Shown: in pieces, positions 39,426-47,651 of the stretch
Layout of the letters: the number at the start of each line of letters is the position of its first letter
Position numbering within the stretch: position 1 is the first letter of the stretch
Origin: a virus
Taxonomy: Duplodnaviria > Caudoviricetes
IMG/VR virus record: IMGVR_UViG_3300048610_000026
Location: 1 to 59,273 of that record
DNA length: 59,273 bases
Strand: one strand, 5' to 3'
The notes under the pieces: generated by a model
What the model was told of the DNA's origin: nothing
Database searches by the model: none
The model's input: the letters and a program-made list of their open reading frames with translations, nothing else
Program-made: the position numbers and the translations under genes

Positions 39426-40014
39426 CAGCCGCCGACCCCCTCAGCGAAGGCCGCGAGAGACGCACGCGTGGCCTCGTCCGACCACGGAGAATCCTTCAGA
39501 GCCTCGGGCTTCACGTTCTTCGGGGGCAGCCAGAGCCGGGAGTCGAACTTCTCCACGTCTTCCTCCTCGGCATCCTTGGTGAGCCAGTAGTACGTCAGGT
39601 CCAGCAATCCGTCGAAGTGAAGATCATGCAGATCGACTCCCTGAGAGAGAGCCCATCCGTTGATCTTCGTCCAGTAGCGGTCGAGAGCCCCGACCAACCG
39701 CTGGACTACAAAATAGGGCGGTCGTTCGCCGCCTGCTCGACGAGGTACTCGATGATGTCTTCCAGATCAGGGAGGTCGAAGTCGTCCTTCGGGTCCTTGA
39801 GGCGGTTGACGAGAGCGGCGTACTGCTCGTCTTCGAGCCCCTCCCTGAGCCAGTCGAGCCCAGCACGGACAACGGACGTGTCGTTGAGCCCCTCACCTTC
39901 GAGGAGGGGCATGACCATAGCCGCCGACTTGGGCGGCCTGAAGGTGTACTTGACCTCATCCAGTTCGAACGGGATGGCGGTGCGCGCTTTCGCGGAGGTC
40001 TTGAACTTGGACAT
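39425..40014 (-). CDS. tail assembly chaperones G/GT (predicted -1 frameshift)
   Basis: G ORF 40014-39706 ends RPIL*; the -1 frame is open to 39425, just before the TMP. Confidence 0.75.
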
Positions 40015-40024
40015 GGCAACCAAT

Positions 40025-40537
40025 CTACCTGAGGACCGCGCCGCTGACCCCAACATCCCTGAAGGCCTTCTGCATGTAGCGGATCGGCTTCGTGCCGGGG
40101 TGGTCCACGTAGCCCTTGTACGAGACGATCGTGTTGCCGAAGTTGATGGTCCGGTAGCCGCCGCTCGCGCTAGCCGTGGCCGTGCCCCGCTTGCGGACGA
40201 TGACCTTCTTGCGCAGCGCTCGGCTGTTGAAGACCAGCGCCGGGCTGGCCTGGATCTTGTGCGGCTTCGAGCCGAACTCGTAGATGTTCGCCATCCGCCC
40301 AGACGCGATCACTCGGTACTGGACCCCCTGGCCTCGAAGAGAACCGGCGCGGCGGACCTTGATGTCGATCTTGGCGGATCCGGTGGTGCGGTAGTGCCGG
40401 TGGAGCCCCTGGTGCTGGAGGTGGTAGCGCGCTCGGTCAGCCCCTTGCTGGGCGACCTTCTCGACAAAACGGTCAAGATCTCCGCCCGGAGCAGTCAGTT
40501 GCCGAACGGCTCGGGCGGAAATCGTGACTCGTGCCAT
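40025..40537 (-). CDS. neck/tail completion protein (HK97 gp10-like)
   Basis: EFGSKPHKI, V.HPGTKP..YM..A. Confidence 0.75.
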   Translation of the reverse strand: MARVTISARAVRQLTAPGGDLDRFVEKVAQQGADRARYHLQHQGLHRHYRTTGSAKIDIKVRRAGSLRGQGVQYRVIASGRMANIYEFGSKPHKIQASPALVFNSRALRKKVIVRKRGTATASASGGYRTINFGNTIVSYKGYVDHPGTKPIRYMQKAFRDVGVSGAVLR

Positions 40538-40538
40538 G

Positions 40539-41255
40539 TCAGGACGCGATCGGGCCAGGCATTTCCTGGCAGCCACAGGCCGACGGAGGCGGAGCCACCC
40601 CGGTGAGGGTGGTGAGGAAGTGCCGGTCGGTCGCGATGCCCGGAGCCGGGAGCGGGGCGGAGTCACCCTCGGCATCGAGCATGACCGGGTACGGACCCTG
40701 GCCCCAGCCGATGGCCTTGTTGGTGAAGGCTCCCGTGATGGTGAAGTTGGACTCACCGTCACCGACGACCTCGAAGTCACCAAGCACGCCGCCCTGCAGG
40801 CAGGGCAGCAGGAAGTAGCCCGAACCTTCCTCGGCACCCGGCGTGAGGCAGGCGTCCTCGTTGCTCGCGAGGCCGGTCCACATCTCGAAGGCGAACCGCT
40901 TCTCCAGAGCACCCTCACCGATGGTGAAGCCGGTGGTGTCGCCGTTGTAGTCGACGAACGGCTCGGCGTTGGACATCATCTCGTAGAGATCGGGATCCAC
41001 CCGGCAGAACTCGACCTCAACCGTCATCCGGCTGAACGAGTCGGGGGTACGGACCGAGTAGCACGTGGTGCCGTCGGCCTTGACAGGGGCAATCTCGTTG
41101 CCCTCGGTGGTCTCCGTGGACAGCGAGACCCGGATGAATCCGTCACTGACAACGAAGCCGCACTCGGTAGCCGGAGGGCTCGGGTTGCAACAGTTGTCGA
41201 GCCGGGTTACCCGGATCTTCTTCCCCAGGACCGGGGCGAAACAGGTCGTAGGCAT
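40539..41255 (-). CDS. major tail protein
   Basis: GKKIRVTRLDNC, FCRVDP, FAFEMWT, YFLLP; position before the chaperones. Confidence 0.85.
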   Translation of the reverse strand: MPTTCFAPVLGKKIRVTRLDNCCNPSPPATECGFVVSDGFIRVSLSTETTEGNEIAPVKADGTTCYSVRTPDSFSRMTVEVEFCRVDPDLYEMMSNAEPFVDYNGDTTGFTIGEGALEKRFAFEMWTGLASNEDACLTPGAEEGSGYFLLPCLQGGVLGDFEVVGDGESNFTITGAFTNKAIGWGQGPYPVMLDAEGDSAPLPAPGIATDRHFLTTLTGVAPPPSACGCQEMPGPIAS

Positions 41256-41296
41256 TGGGAGGAATTCCTCTCTTTCAGGTGTAGCGCGCTGGTCTC

Positions 41297-41329
41297 ATGG
41301 TCGCTGACGGAGGGGCCAACGCGCCAACA
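41297..41329 (-). promoter_or_regulatory. putative late promoter TGTTGGCG-N19-GACCAT
   Basis: Shared motif and spacing. Confidence 0.45.
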
Positions 41330-41341
41330 CCGTCAGGGGGG

Positions 41342-41581
41342 TCACTCAGCGACAGCCGGAGCGTCCATCGCAATCGCGCAGTGCGTCCACATCGACGCCT
41401 CCTGGAGTGCGGTGAACGCCAGGCTCTTCTCGCGCGAGCCCGGCAGGTTCTCGTCCAGCCACTCGGCGAACTCGCGGTACTTCAGCCGGGTGTCCCGGTG
41501 ACGCGGCAGGGTGGCGTTGTCGCCTTCCACCGTCGCCTTGTGGAAGCCGAACCGATGCTCGATCTCTTCGGGTCCAATCAC
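41342..41581 (-). CDS. Tad1/Acb2-like helical hairpin protein
   Basis: EIEHRFGFH...R....A......P.SREKSLA.T.LQEA.MW...AIA. Confidence 0.65.
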   Translation of the reverse strand: MIGPEEIEHRFGFHKATVEGDNATLPRHRDTRLKYREFAEWLDENLPGSREKSLAFTALQEASMWTHCAIAMDAPAVAE

Positions 41582-42297
41582 TTGATCTCTCCTCCAGTGA
41601 AGCGGTACATGATCTGCAGGCCCCCGGGACCGAGGGACTTGGGGTCAGGCGTGGTGAGACGGCCGGTGCCGCCCTGCTTGGCCTCGTACGCCTTCCAGGC
41701 CGCCAGCGTGGCACGGTCCACCCAGCCGTTGACGTCCAGAGTGGCGCCCGCCTTGACGTTGAGCGCGTTCTGGATGGCAGCGATACCGTGGTAGCGCTTG
41801 CGCGCGCCCTCGCGTACGCCTGCCGCGATCTGGAACTGCTCCTGGACCAGGGCGAGGTTGGAGACCACGTCCGGGTTCCAGCGCCAGCCCTCGGGCTTCA
41901 GCCAGCGGCTGGTGTCGGTCCAGAGGCGGGGGTCCTCGGTCACCGAGACGTGCACATGACCGAAGTGCGGGTTCTCACCGAGGTACCTCCGGGCCACCCA
42001 GCCGTACGTCCTGGACCAGATGATCTCGTTGCTGATGATGTACCAGACGCGGTGGTCGCCCTTGGCCGCCTCGATCACCTGCAATCGCAGGTCGCGGGTG
42101 GGGTCGTTGTCATCCACATCGAAGTCGATGGCGCGTACCGCCCCACCGTGGTTGTAGTCCGGGTTGTGGCTGGACTTGCGAGCAGCGTGGCTGGTGTCGC
42201 CGACCCAGCCATCGCTGTCCTTGTCGCGGTTCGGGAACCGCTCATTGACCTCGTTGCGCAGCGCTACGAGGCTGGGGACGAGGTAGAAGAAACTCAC
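41578..42297 (-). CDS. endolysin (M15-like peptidase + peptidoglycan-binding domain)
   Basis: LR.EVN.RFP.RDK.SDG..GD..H....S.HNPD...V.AID.D; H..HVHVS. Confidence 0.85.
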   Translation of the reverse strand: MSFFYLVPSLVALRNEVNERFPNRDKDSDGWVGDTSHAARKSSHNPDYNHGGAVRAIDFDVDDNDPTRDLRLQVIEAAKGDHRVWYIISNEIIWSRTYGWVARRYLGENPHFGHVHVSVTEDPRLWTDTSRWLKPEGWRWNPDVVSNLALVQEQFQIAAGVREGARKRYHGIAAIQNALNVKAGATLDVNGWVDRATLAAWKAYEAKQGGTGRLTTPDPKSLGPGGLQIMYRFTGGEIK

Positions 42298-42662
42298 TTG
42301 TCCTCCTCGGCCACGGTCGGGTCGTCGACTTCCTCGCCCGCCAATGCGTCAGCGTCGATGTCCTCGGGCTGTGCTCCCACCTCGGGGGTGGTCTCCTCTG
42401 CGGGGTTACTCATCAGGGTCTCCTTCGGTGCAGCGGTGGGCAAGCCCTTGATGTCGGTACCGGTGACGTTGCTCTGGGCCGTGAACCCAAGGTACACACC
42501 TGCGAATGACACGATCAGCACGCTGATGTTGTACTCGGCCGGGATCTGGCCGGGTGTGGCAGCGTAGTAGGCACCGAAGGCTCCGATGACGCCGGAGACT
42601 GCCCACCAGACCCCGTAGAGGTACTCGCGGATCTTCGGGTGGTTGTTGAGCGGGTTGTACAT
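42294..42662 (-). CDS. holin
   Basis: Two TM helices and an acidic tail, adjacent to the endolysin. Confidence 0.7.
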   Translation of the reverse strand: MYNPLNNHPKIREYLYGVWWAVSGVIGAFGAYYAATPGQIPAEYNISVLIVSFAGVYLGFTAQSNVTGTDIKGLPTAAPKETLMSNPAEETTPEVGAQPEDIDADALAGEEVDDPTVAEEDK

Positions 42663-42675
42663 CGCGGTGCTCCTG

Positions 42676-43419
42676 TCAGTAGGTGACGACCGCACCGCGC
42701 AGGCGGTGGTCGCCGTGGAGGTCTCGGCTGAACTTCCGGATCACCTTGAAGCCTGACCGAGCCACAGCCACATGGTCAAGCGAGCGCGGGCCGTCGGTGA
42801 TCCAGTGCCAGCGAACCATCGGGCGGATCTCGCTCTCCCGACGGTTCCAGTCACCGCCAACCACCACAGCCCCCGCAGGGAGGGACTTCTTGGTATTGAC
42901 GTACGCCTGACGCCACCGCCGGTCGGTGATCGCCGGGTAGCAGGTGTGGCGACCGCGCTGCGGGAAGTGCAGGCTGACGGGACTGAAGCGTTTCGAGGAG
43001 CCGCGCACCTTCAACGTGATCACGGTGATGTAACGGGCCGGGTTGTAGGAGGGTCGACCGCTCGCGCAGCGCGGCGTCGGGTCCGAGACCCGGATCAGCC
43101 GCGAATGCGTGACGTGCGTCAGCCGCGAGGTCCGCCAGGCAATCGGGACACCGCCCACCTTCCGGTACCCGGTCGTCTTCCACCCCTCTGCTTGCAGGGC
43201 TCGATGATCGGCGCGCTCTCGAATCTCCTGGTACAGCACCACGTCACAGTGCGCTCGGCTCTCTCGGGCATCGGCTCGCACCTTCCAGTCCGGCAGGTCA
43301 GGAGTGTGCTGGATGTTCGCCGTGCAGATCCGCAGCGGTCGAGCGGCCTCGGCCGGGACTGGCTGGAACAACGTCACGGCGAACGCCAACGCGGCGAGCG
43401 CTGCTGCGAGTACCTTCAT
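42676..43419 (-). CDS. secreted endonuclease/exonuclease/phosphatase (EEP) family protein
   Basis: Signal peptide; TAN, QE, H, GGDWN, LDH and GDH catalytic motifs. Confidence 0.75.
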   Translation of the reverse strand: MKVLAAALAALAFAVTLFQPVPAEAARPLRICTANIQHTPDLPDWKVRADARESRAHCDVVLYQEIRERADHRALQAEGWKTTGYRKVGGVPIAWRTSRLTHVTHSRLIRVSDPTPRCASGRPSYNPARYITVITLKVRGSSKRFSPVSLHFPQRGRHTCYPAITDRRWRQAYVNTKKSLPAGAVVVGGDWNRRESEIRPMVRWHWITDGPRSLDHVAVARSGFKVIRKFSRDLHGDHRLRGAVVTY

Positions 43420-43769
43420 GATGCGCTCCTCGTACCCTTTGAGTCTCCCTCAGACTGCATGTCCAGCAAGCGCAAGACAACGTTCTGGGAGAAGTCTTCG
43501 TGCTGAACCTTCCAGGCCTCCAACTCCGTCAGCCTCTTGTTTGCGTCGGCTTGCCCAACCAGCAGTTCCTCGATCTTGCCGACCCGAGCCTGTAGCGAGG
43601 GAACGGCCTTCTCGACGACGGCACCGGAACGGTCTTCAACCGCAGGCCTCCCCATAACTCCTTCGGAGAGGACTGAGATACGACGGAGCACCACCCAGAC
43701 GAGAGCGAGCAGGGCTAGAGTAGCCATTGCCCCTGTGGCTACTGAGCCCAGGTACACAACCGTGCTCAT
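43416..43769 (-). CDS. membrane protein of the lysis cassette
   Basis: N-terminal TM plus coiled coil. Confidence 0.6.
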   Translation of the reverse strand: MSTVVYLGSVATGAMATLALLALVWVVLRRISVLSEGVMGRPAVEDRSGAVVEKAVPSLQARVGKIEELLVGQADANKRLTELEAWKVQHEDFSQNVVLRLLDMQSEGDSKGTRSAS

Positions 43770-43782
43770 CTTCGGAGTCTCC

Positions 43783-44334
43783 TCACAGCGTCAGCAGAAT
43801 GTCGGACTTCAGGATGCTGTTGTCCGCCGTCATCACGGCCCTGGTCAGCGTCCCACCACAGCCGCCCTCGGGGTTCAGAGGCGACTGCTCAACGAGCGCG
43901 ATCTGGAAGGACGAGTCCTCGTAGGCCTGCTCCTTCATGCAGCACAGGAGCGCTCGGCGCACCGTGGCCATGTCCTGGATGTTGCGGTACATCTCGGTCG
44001 TCGTGTCATCGCAAGAGGGGTGCCCCTCCGGGTCGATCGTCTCGACGCAGCGGTAGATCGTCACGGAGATCTCCACGGCCATCCGAGCCCGGTTTCCGCA
44101 CGACGTCGCGCCCTGCGCCTGGGCAGGGAACGGAGACCCTGTCGGGAAGACCCGCTCGATCTGAACATAAGCCCGGCCGGACTTGCCCGGCTCGCACTCG
44201 CAGCAGTCGCTAGCCGGGGGCAGTGACGTGCCCGAGTGGCCGCAACACTCGCACAGGTCGGTGAACGTCGAGCAGACGCAGTGCTCGGCAAGAGCGACGA
44301 GTGCTGAGACTGAGTCCTCGATCACTCGGGCCAT
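43783..44334 (-). CDS. tail terminator-like protein
   Basis: Cys-rich; P.GGC.G C-terminus; position. Confidence 0.65.
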   Translation of the reverse strand: MARVIEDSVSALVALAEHCVCSTFTDLCECCGHSGTSLPPASDCCECEPGKSGRAYVQIERVFPTGSPFPAQAQGATSCGNRARMAVEISVTIYRCVETIDPEGHPSCDDTTTEMYRNIQDMATVRRALLCCMKEQAYEDSSFQIALVEQSPLNPEGGCGGTLTRAVMTADNSILKSDILLTL

Positions 44335-45137
44335 GTCGTCGCCCTCCCCCGCTCGCGGGTCTCAGGCGACCAGACCACGTGCTTGCGCATGTGCGGTCGG
44401 TTGGTCATGATCCAGGCGTCCACGAGCCATATCCCGGTCATGCCCTCCGCCAGCCCGGTGAAGTCGTCGAGCATCGCGATGGTGACACCTTCACGGTCGA
44501 TCTGACGGACTCGGGTCGGCAGCGCACACTTCTTGTCGTTGCAGATCGCCTTCGCGATCTCGCAGGCCAGCAGACCTGCGACCTCGGGCCCTCCTGCCGG
44601 GATCGGCAGACCATGACGGTAGGTGACGGCCCAGGTGCCGAGCACCGCCTCTGCATCTGGGCCGCCGTCCACGACCCTATACGGCTTCGAGAGGTCATTG
44701 CACTCAGGCCAGCACTCGCCGTCGAGCCGGACGAGGTACCTGCCGTTCTGGACCTCGTACGCCGTCGGAGGCAGCACCTCGCCGTCGATGATCACCTCAT
44801 CGACGGCCAGCACCGGACCGGTGAGTTCGATCTGGCAGACGTTGTTGCACGAGCAGCCATCCTGGCCGCCACACCCGCAGCCGAAGCCCGGCCAGATGAC
44901 CGGGTGTCCCTGCACGCCGCCGAAGTTGAGCAGTTGCCCCAGCGAGCGGCAGTCCGACCGGCAGGGGCGAATCGTGACGGGGCACGGCGCGAAGCGGCTG
45001 CCCGTCCACCGGTAAAGGTGGCGGGCAGCCATGGCCTCAACGGCTGCAGCAAGGTCTGGCTTTTCCGCGTGCAGGGTGTCGAGGGCCGAGCACTCGCAAG
45101 GCTCGACATCCCAGCCACACTGATCGGTGACCAGCAT
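44322..45137 (-). CDS. head-to-tail adaptor
   Basis: L..WTG.RF..C..TIRPC; C.LP.RV..I.R.GV; TG...VD.W. Confidence 0.75.
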   Translation of the reverse strand: MLVTDQCGWDVEPCECSALDTLHAEKPDLAAAVEAMAARHLYRWTGSRFAPCPVTIRPCRSDCRSLGQLLNFGGVQGHPVIWPGFGCGCGGQDGCSCNNVCQIELTGPVLAVDEVIIDGEVLPPTAYEVQNGRYLVRLDGECWPECNDLSKPYRVVDGGPDAEAVLGTWAVTYRHGLPIPAGGPEVAGLLACEIAKAICNDKKCALPTRVRQIDREGVTIAMLDDFTGLAEGMTGIWLVDAWIMTNRPHMRKHVVWSPETRERGRATTWPE

Positions 45138-45151
45138 GCCGTCCTCCTAAC

Positions 45152-45871
45152 TCAGGTGCAGTCGTTCGGGAAAGTCCCAGAAACCAGTACGCAGGGGTCG
45201 AAGGCCGCGAGGACCAGACGCTCTGCGATCTCCTGCTGGGTGTTCTGGACCTGCAGAGTGCCTGAGAGCACGATCTCCTCGTCCACGCCCACGTACGTCG
45301 GGCCGGTCACCCAGATCTGCGTGCCGGTGCCGTACCCCGGCGAGATGATGAACGTGGCCCAGTCGATGGCTGCGATGCGCTCCGCGAGGTGCGCTCCGGC
45401 CTCAACGGTCAGGTGCACCGTCAAGGCCCCACCGAAGGACGCCTGAGCGGCGAGCCCCATGGTCTTCGACAGGGCCTCTTCCGCGCAGAGGTACTCCGTG
45501 GCTACGGCATCGCTCAGCGCCGGGTTGTCAGGCTCGGTGGCCGTGCCCAGAAGCAGGGACTGGCCCAGCGCCCACTCGGTCGTGGACTCAAGCCGTTCCC
45601 GAGCCAGGCGCTCCAGGTCGATGTTGCTGATCGTGGCGCACTCGACCGGCTGGATGACGTTGGTCGGCAGAAACTCGTGCTCGTCGCCGACGCCGGTCGG
45701 TGTCTTGTCGGTCGGGTTGCAGGCATCCTGCAGCAGGGGCTCGATGCACCCCGTGGAGTTGAAGCGGATCCCGGTGCGCCACTCCAGCCCGGCCGGGAAG
45801 GAGAGGCCTCGGTCAGCGAGGCCTCCCTTCCACGGCTGCTGCGGGATCCACGTGGGGTTCGACATGGTCAT
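45152..45871 (-). CDS. major capsid pentamer-type protein
   Basis: Follows the large capsid gene; W..G..F...C and AER...A.FDPC pattern as in cluster B-like phages. Confidence 0.6.
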   Translation of the reverse strand: MTMSNPTWIPQQPWKGGLADRGLSFPAGLEWRTGIRFNSTGCIEPLLQDACNPTDKTPTGVGDEHEFLPTNVIQPVECATISNIDLERLARERLESTTEWALGQSLLLGTATEPDNPALSDAVATEYLCAEEALSKTMGLAAQASFGGALTVHLTVEAGAHLAERIAAIDWATFIISPGYGTGTQIWVTGPTYVGVDEEIVLSGTLQVQNTQQEIAERLVLAAFDPCVLVSGTFPNDCT

Positions 45872-45911
45872 CGAATGACCCCTTTCTGTTCAGTGGATCC
45901 GGTCAGGGTGA

Positions 45912-47540
45912 TCAGGAGCCGATCGGGCCCTCGGGGCAGGCGGCGACCGCGTCGCAGATCTCGACGGGGATCTCGACCCGCTTGGCCTCGCAGCCACGGC
46001 CGAGGACACCCTCGAAGGTCTCCGCGAACGCGGCCAACTTGTTCTGCCGGTTGAGGTCGTGGTCGCGGATCTCGGTGCCGAGGTTCAGTTCGCCGCCGTC
46101 CATGAAGGTGTAGAAGCCCTCGGGAGCGACGACCGTGGTGATCGGGTCGGCGTAGGGAGCCCAGGGGCCGTCGACCTGCGGAGACGGGAACAGGTGCAGG
46201 TCCTTGGAGTAGGTGACCCGGACACCGTACGGCGCCAGAGCACGCTCCAACTTGTTGGCCGCCTCGATCTCAGTGGTCTCGATCAGACGGCGGACCGCGA
46301 GGTCAGCCGAGATCGCGGTGGGGACCCACGAGGGGAGCCACACGCGGAAGTTGACCGAGTCGAGCAGACGCTGCTGCTGGCGCTGCTCCTCAACGGCCCG
46401 GAGGACGTTGTTGACGATGTTGAGGTAGAGGTCACCGTGCGCCTGGCCCTGGTGGGTCGTGGTCGCGAAGGTGAGCATCTTGGCCCACAGGTGGATCTCG
46501 GAGAGACGCGCCTTGGACGCGGTCAGCGCACGCAGGATCTCGGCCCAGCGAGACGGGTTGAACCGCTGCTGGAAGTTGCCGATCGTGATGCACTGGTAGA
46601 TCGCGTCGAGTTCGACCTCCTCGGGCTCCGGGCAGACGACCTCGGCGCACTGCTTCCAGGTCTCCGGGTCCTCGGTGACGGCAGCGTCGTCCTCACAGGT
46701 CCAGACCGCCGCACCCTCCTGCGGGAGGCAGATCGGCGGGAACCAGCGAACCGCGCCGTTGACCGTCATCGACGGCACCGAGTTGCGGATCGGACGCGAG
46801 GCGTCAAACGGCGTGGTCGACTCCGGGAGGTTCTCGGAGAGGACGCAACAGCCACCGGCAGCCGCGACGGCCTCCGGCGAGCCGACGGCGTCGAGCATCT
46901 CCATGACCTTGTCCGGCGAGGTCGACGCGGTCAGCGTGCGGTCCTCACCGAGGTCGGTACGGATGGTGACCACGTTGGTGCGGGCACCGGCACGCTGGGC
47001 GCGGCCGAACTTGTTGAACTGCTCGGCCATCTTGTCGAGCGAGATGCTCGAACCGTGCTCAGCCATGCTCGGGCCGAGGAGCACGGAGTAGTTCGTGGAC
47101 GTGGCGGACTCCTCGGAAGCGGGCGCGGGCTCGGTGACCTTCGCGCGGCTCTGGAAGCGCTTGGACACCTCGTCGAGCGGAAGAACACGGGGCTTGCCGG
47201 AGGCGGCAACCTCTTCGAGAGTGGGCTCCTCGACAGGGGTCTCGTCCTCGACAGGAGCCTCCTCGACCGGGGTCTCCTCGTCCTCGACGTCGTCGAGACC
47301 CTCCAGGAGGGCGTCGGCCTCGGCAGCGGTCTTGGCCTCGGCGGCCTCAGCGGCCTCCAGAGCCTGGGTGACCTCGTCGTAGTGGGCCCGGAGAGAGGTC
47401 AGCACCTCCAGGTCGGGCTGTGCCTCGCTGCGGGCCGCCTTCATCGCCTGGGCGAGGGTCTTGCGAGCAGCGGTCAGTTCGGCGGCGGTCGGCGGGTTCT
47501 CGGTGCCGATCCGGGCGATGATCTCCTGTGCCTCATCCAT
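45912..47540 (-). CDS. major capsid (hexamer-type) protein with an N-terminal scaffold-like region
   Basis: AAGGCC, K.C..V.CP, GN...RF.P, GG.L.LG..IRD..LN..N...F.E.FEG. Confidence 0.85.
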   Translation of the reverse strand: MDEAQEIIARIGTENPPTAAELTAARKTLAQAMKAARSEAQPDLEVLTSLRAHYDEVTQALEAAEAAEAKTAAEADALLEGLDDVEDEETPVEEAPVEDETPVEEPTLEEVAASGKPRVLPLDEVSKRFQSRAKVTEPAPASEESATSTNYSVLLGPSMAEHGSSISLDKMAEQFNKFGRAQRAGARTNVVTIRTDLGEDRTLTASTSPDKVMEMLDAVGSPEAVAAAGGCCVLSENLPESTTPFDASRPIRNSVPSMTVNGAVRWFPPICLPQEGAAVWTCEDDAAVTEDPETWKQCAEVVCPEPEEVELDAIYQCITIGNFQQRFNPSRWAEILRALTASKARLSEIHLWAKMLTFATTTHQGQAHGDLYLNIVNNVLRAVEEQRQQQRLLDSVNFRVWLPSWVPTAISADLAVRRLIETTEIEAANKLERALAPYGVRVTYSKDLHLFPSPQVDGPWAPYADPITTVVAPEGFYTFMDGGELNLGTEIRDHDLNRQNKLAAFAETFEGVLGRGCEAKRVEIPVEICDAVAACPEGPIGS

Positions 47541-47606
47541 CAGAGAGGCTCCTTCCATGTGGTTCGTGAACACTGACCCGGATCATGAGAAAGGGCCATG
47601 TGGTGA

Positions 47607-47639
47607 AGAGTAGAGACCGGTGCGGGCGTAACGCCAACA
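47607..47639 (-). promoter_or_regulatory. putative late promoter TGTTGGCG-N19-TACTCT
   Basis: Shared motif upstream of the capsid gene. Confidence 0.6.
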
Positions 47640-47651
47640 CCGGCCTCTGTC

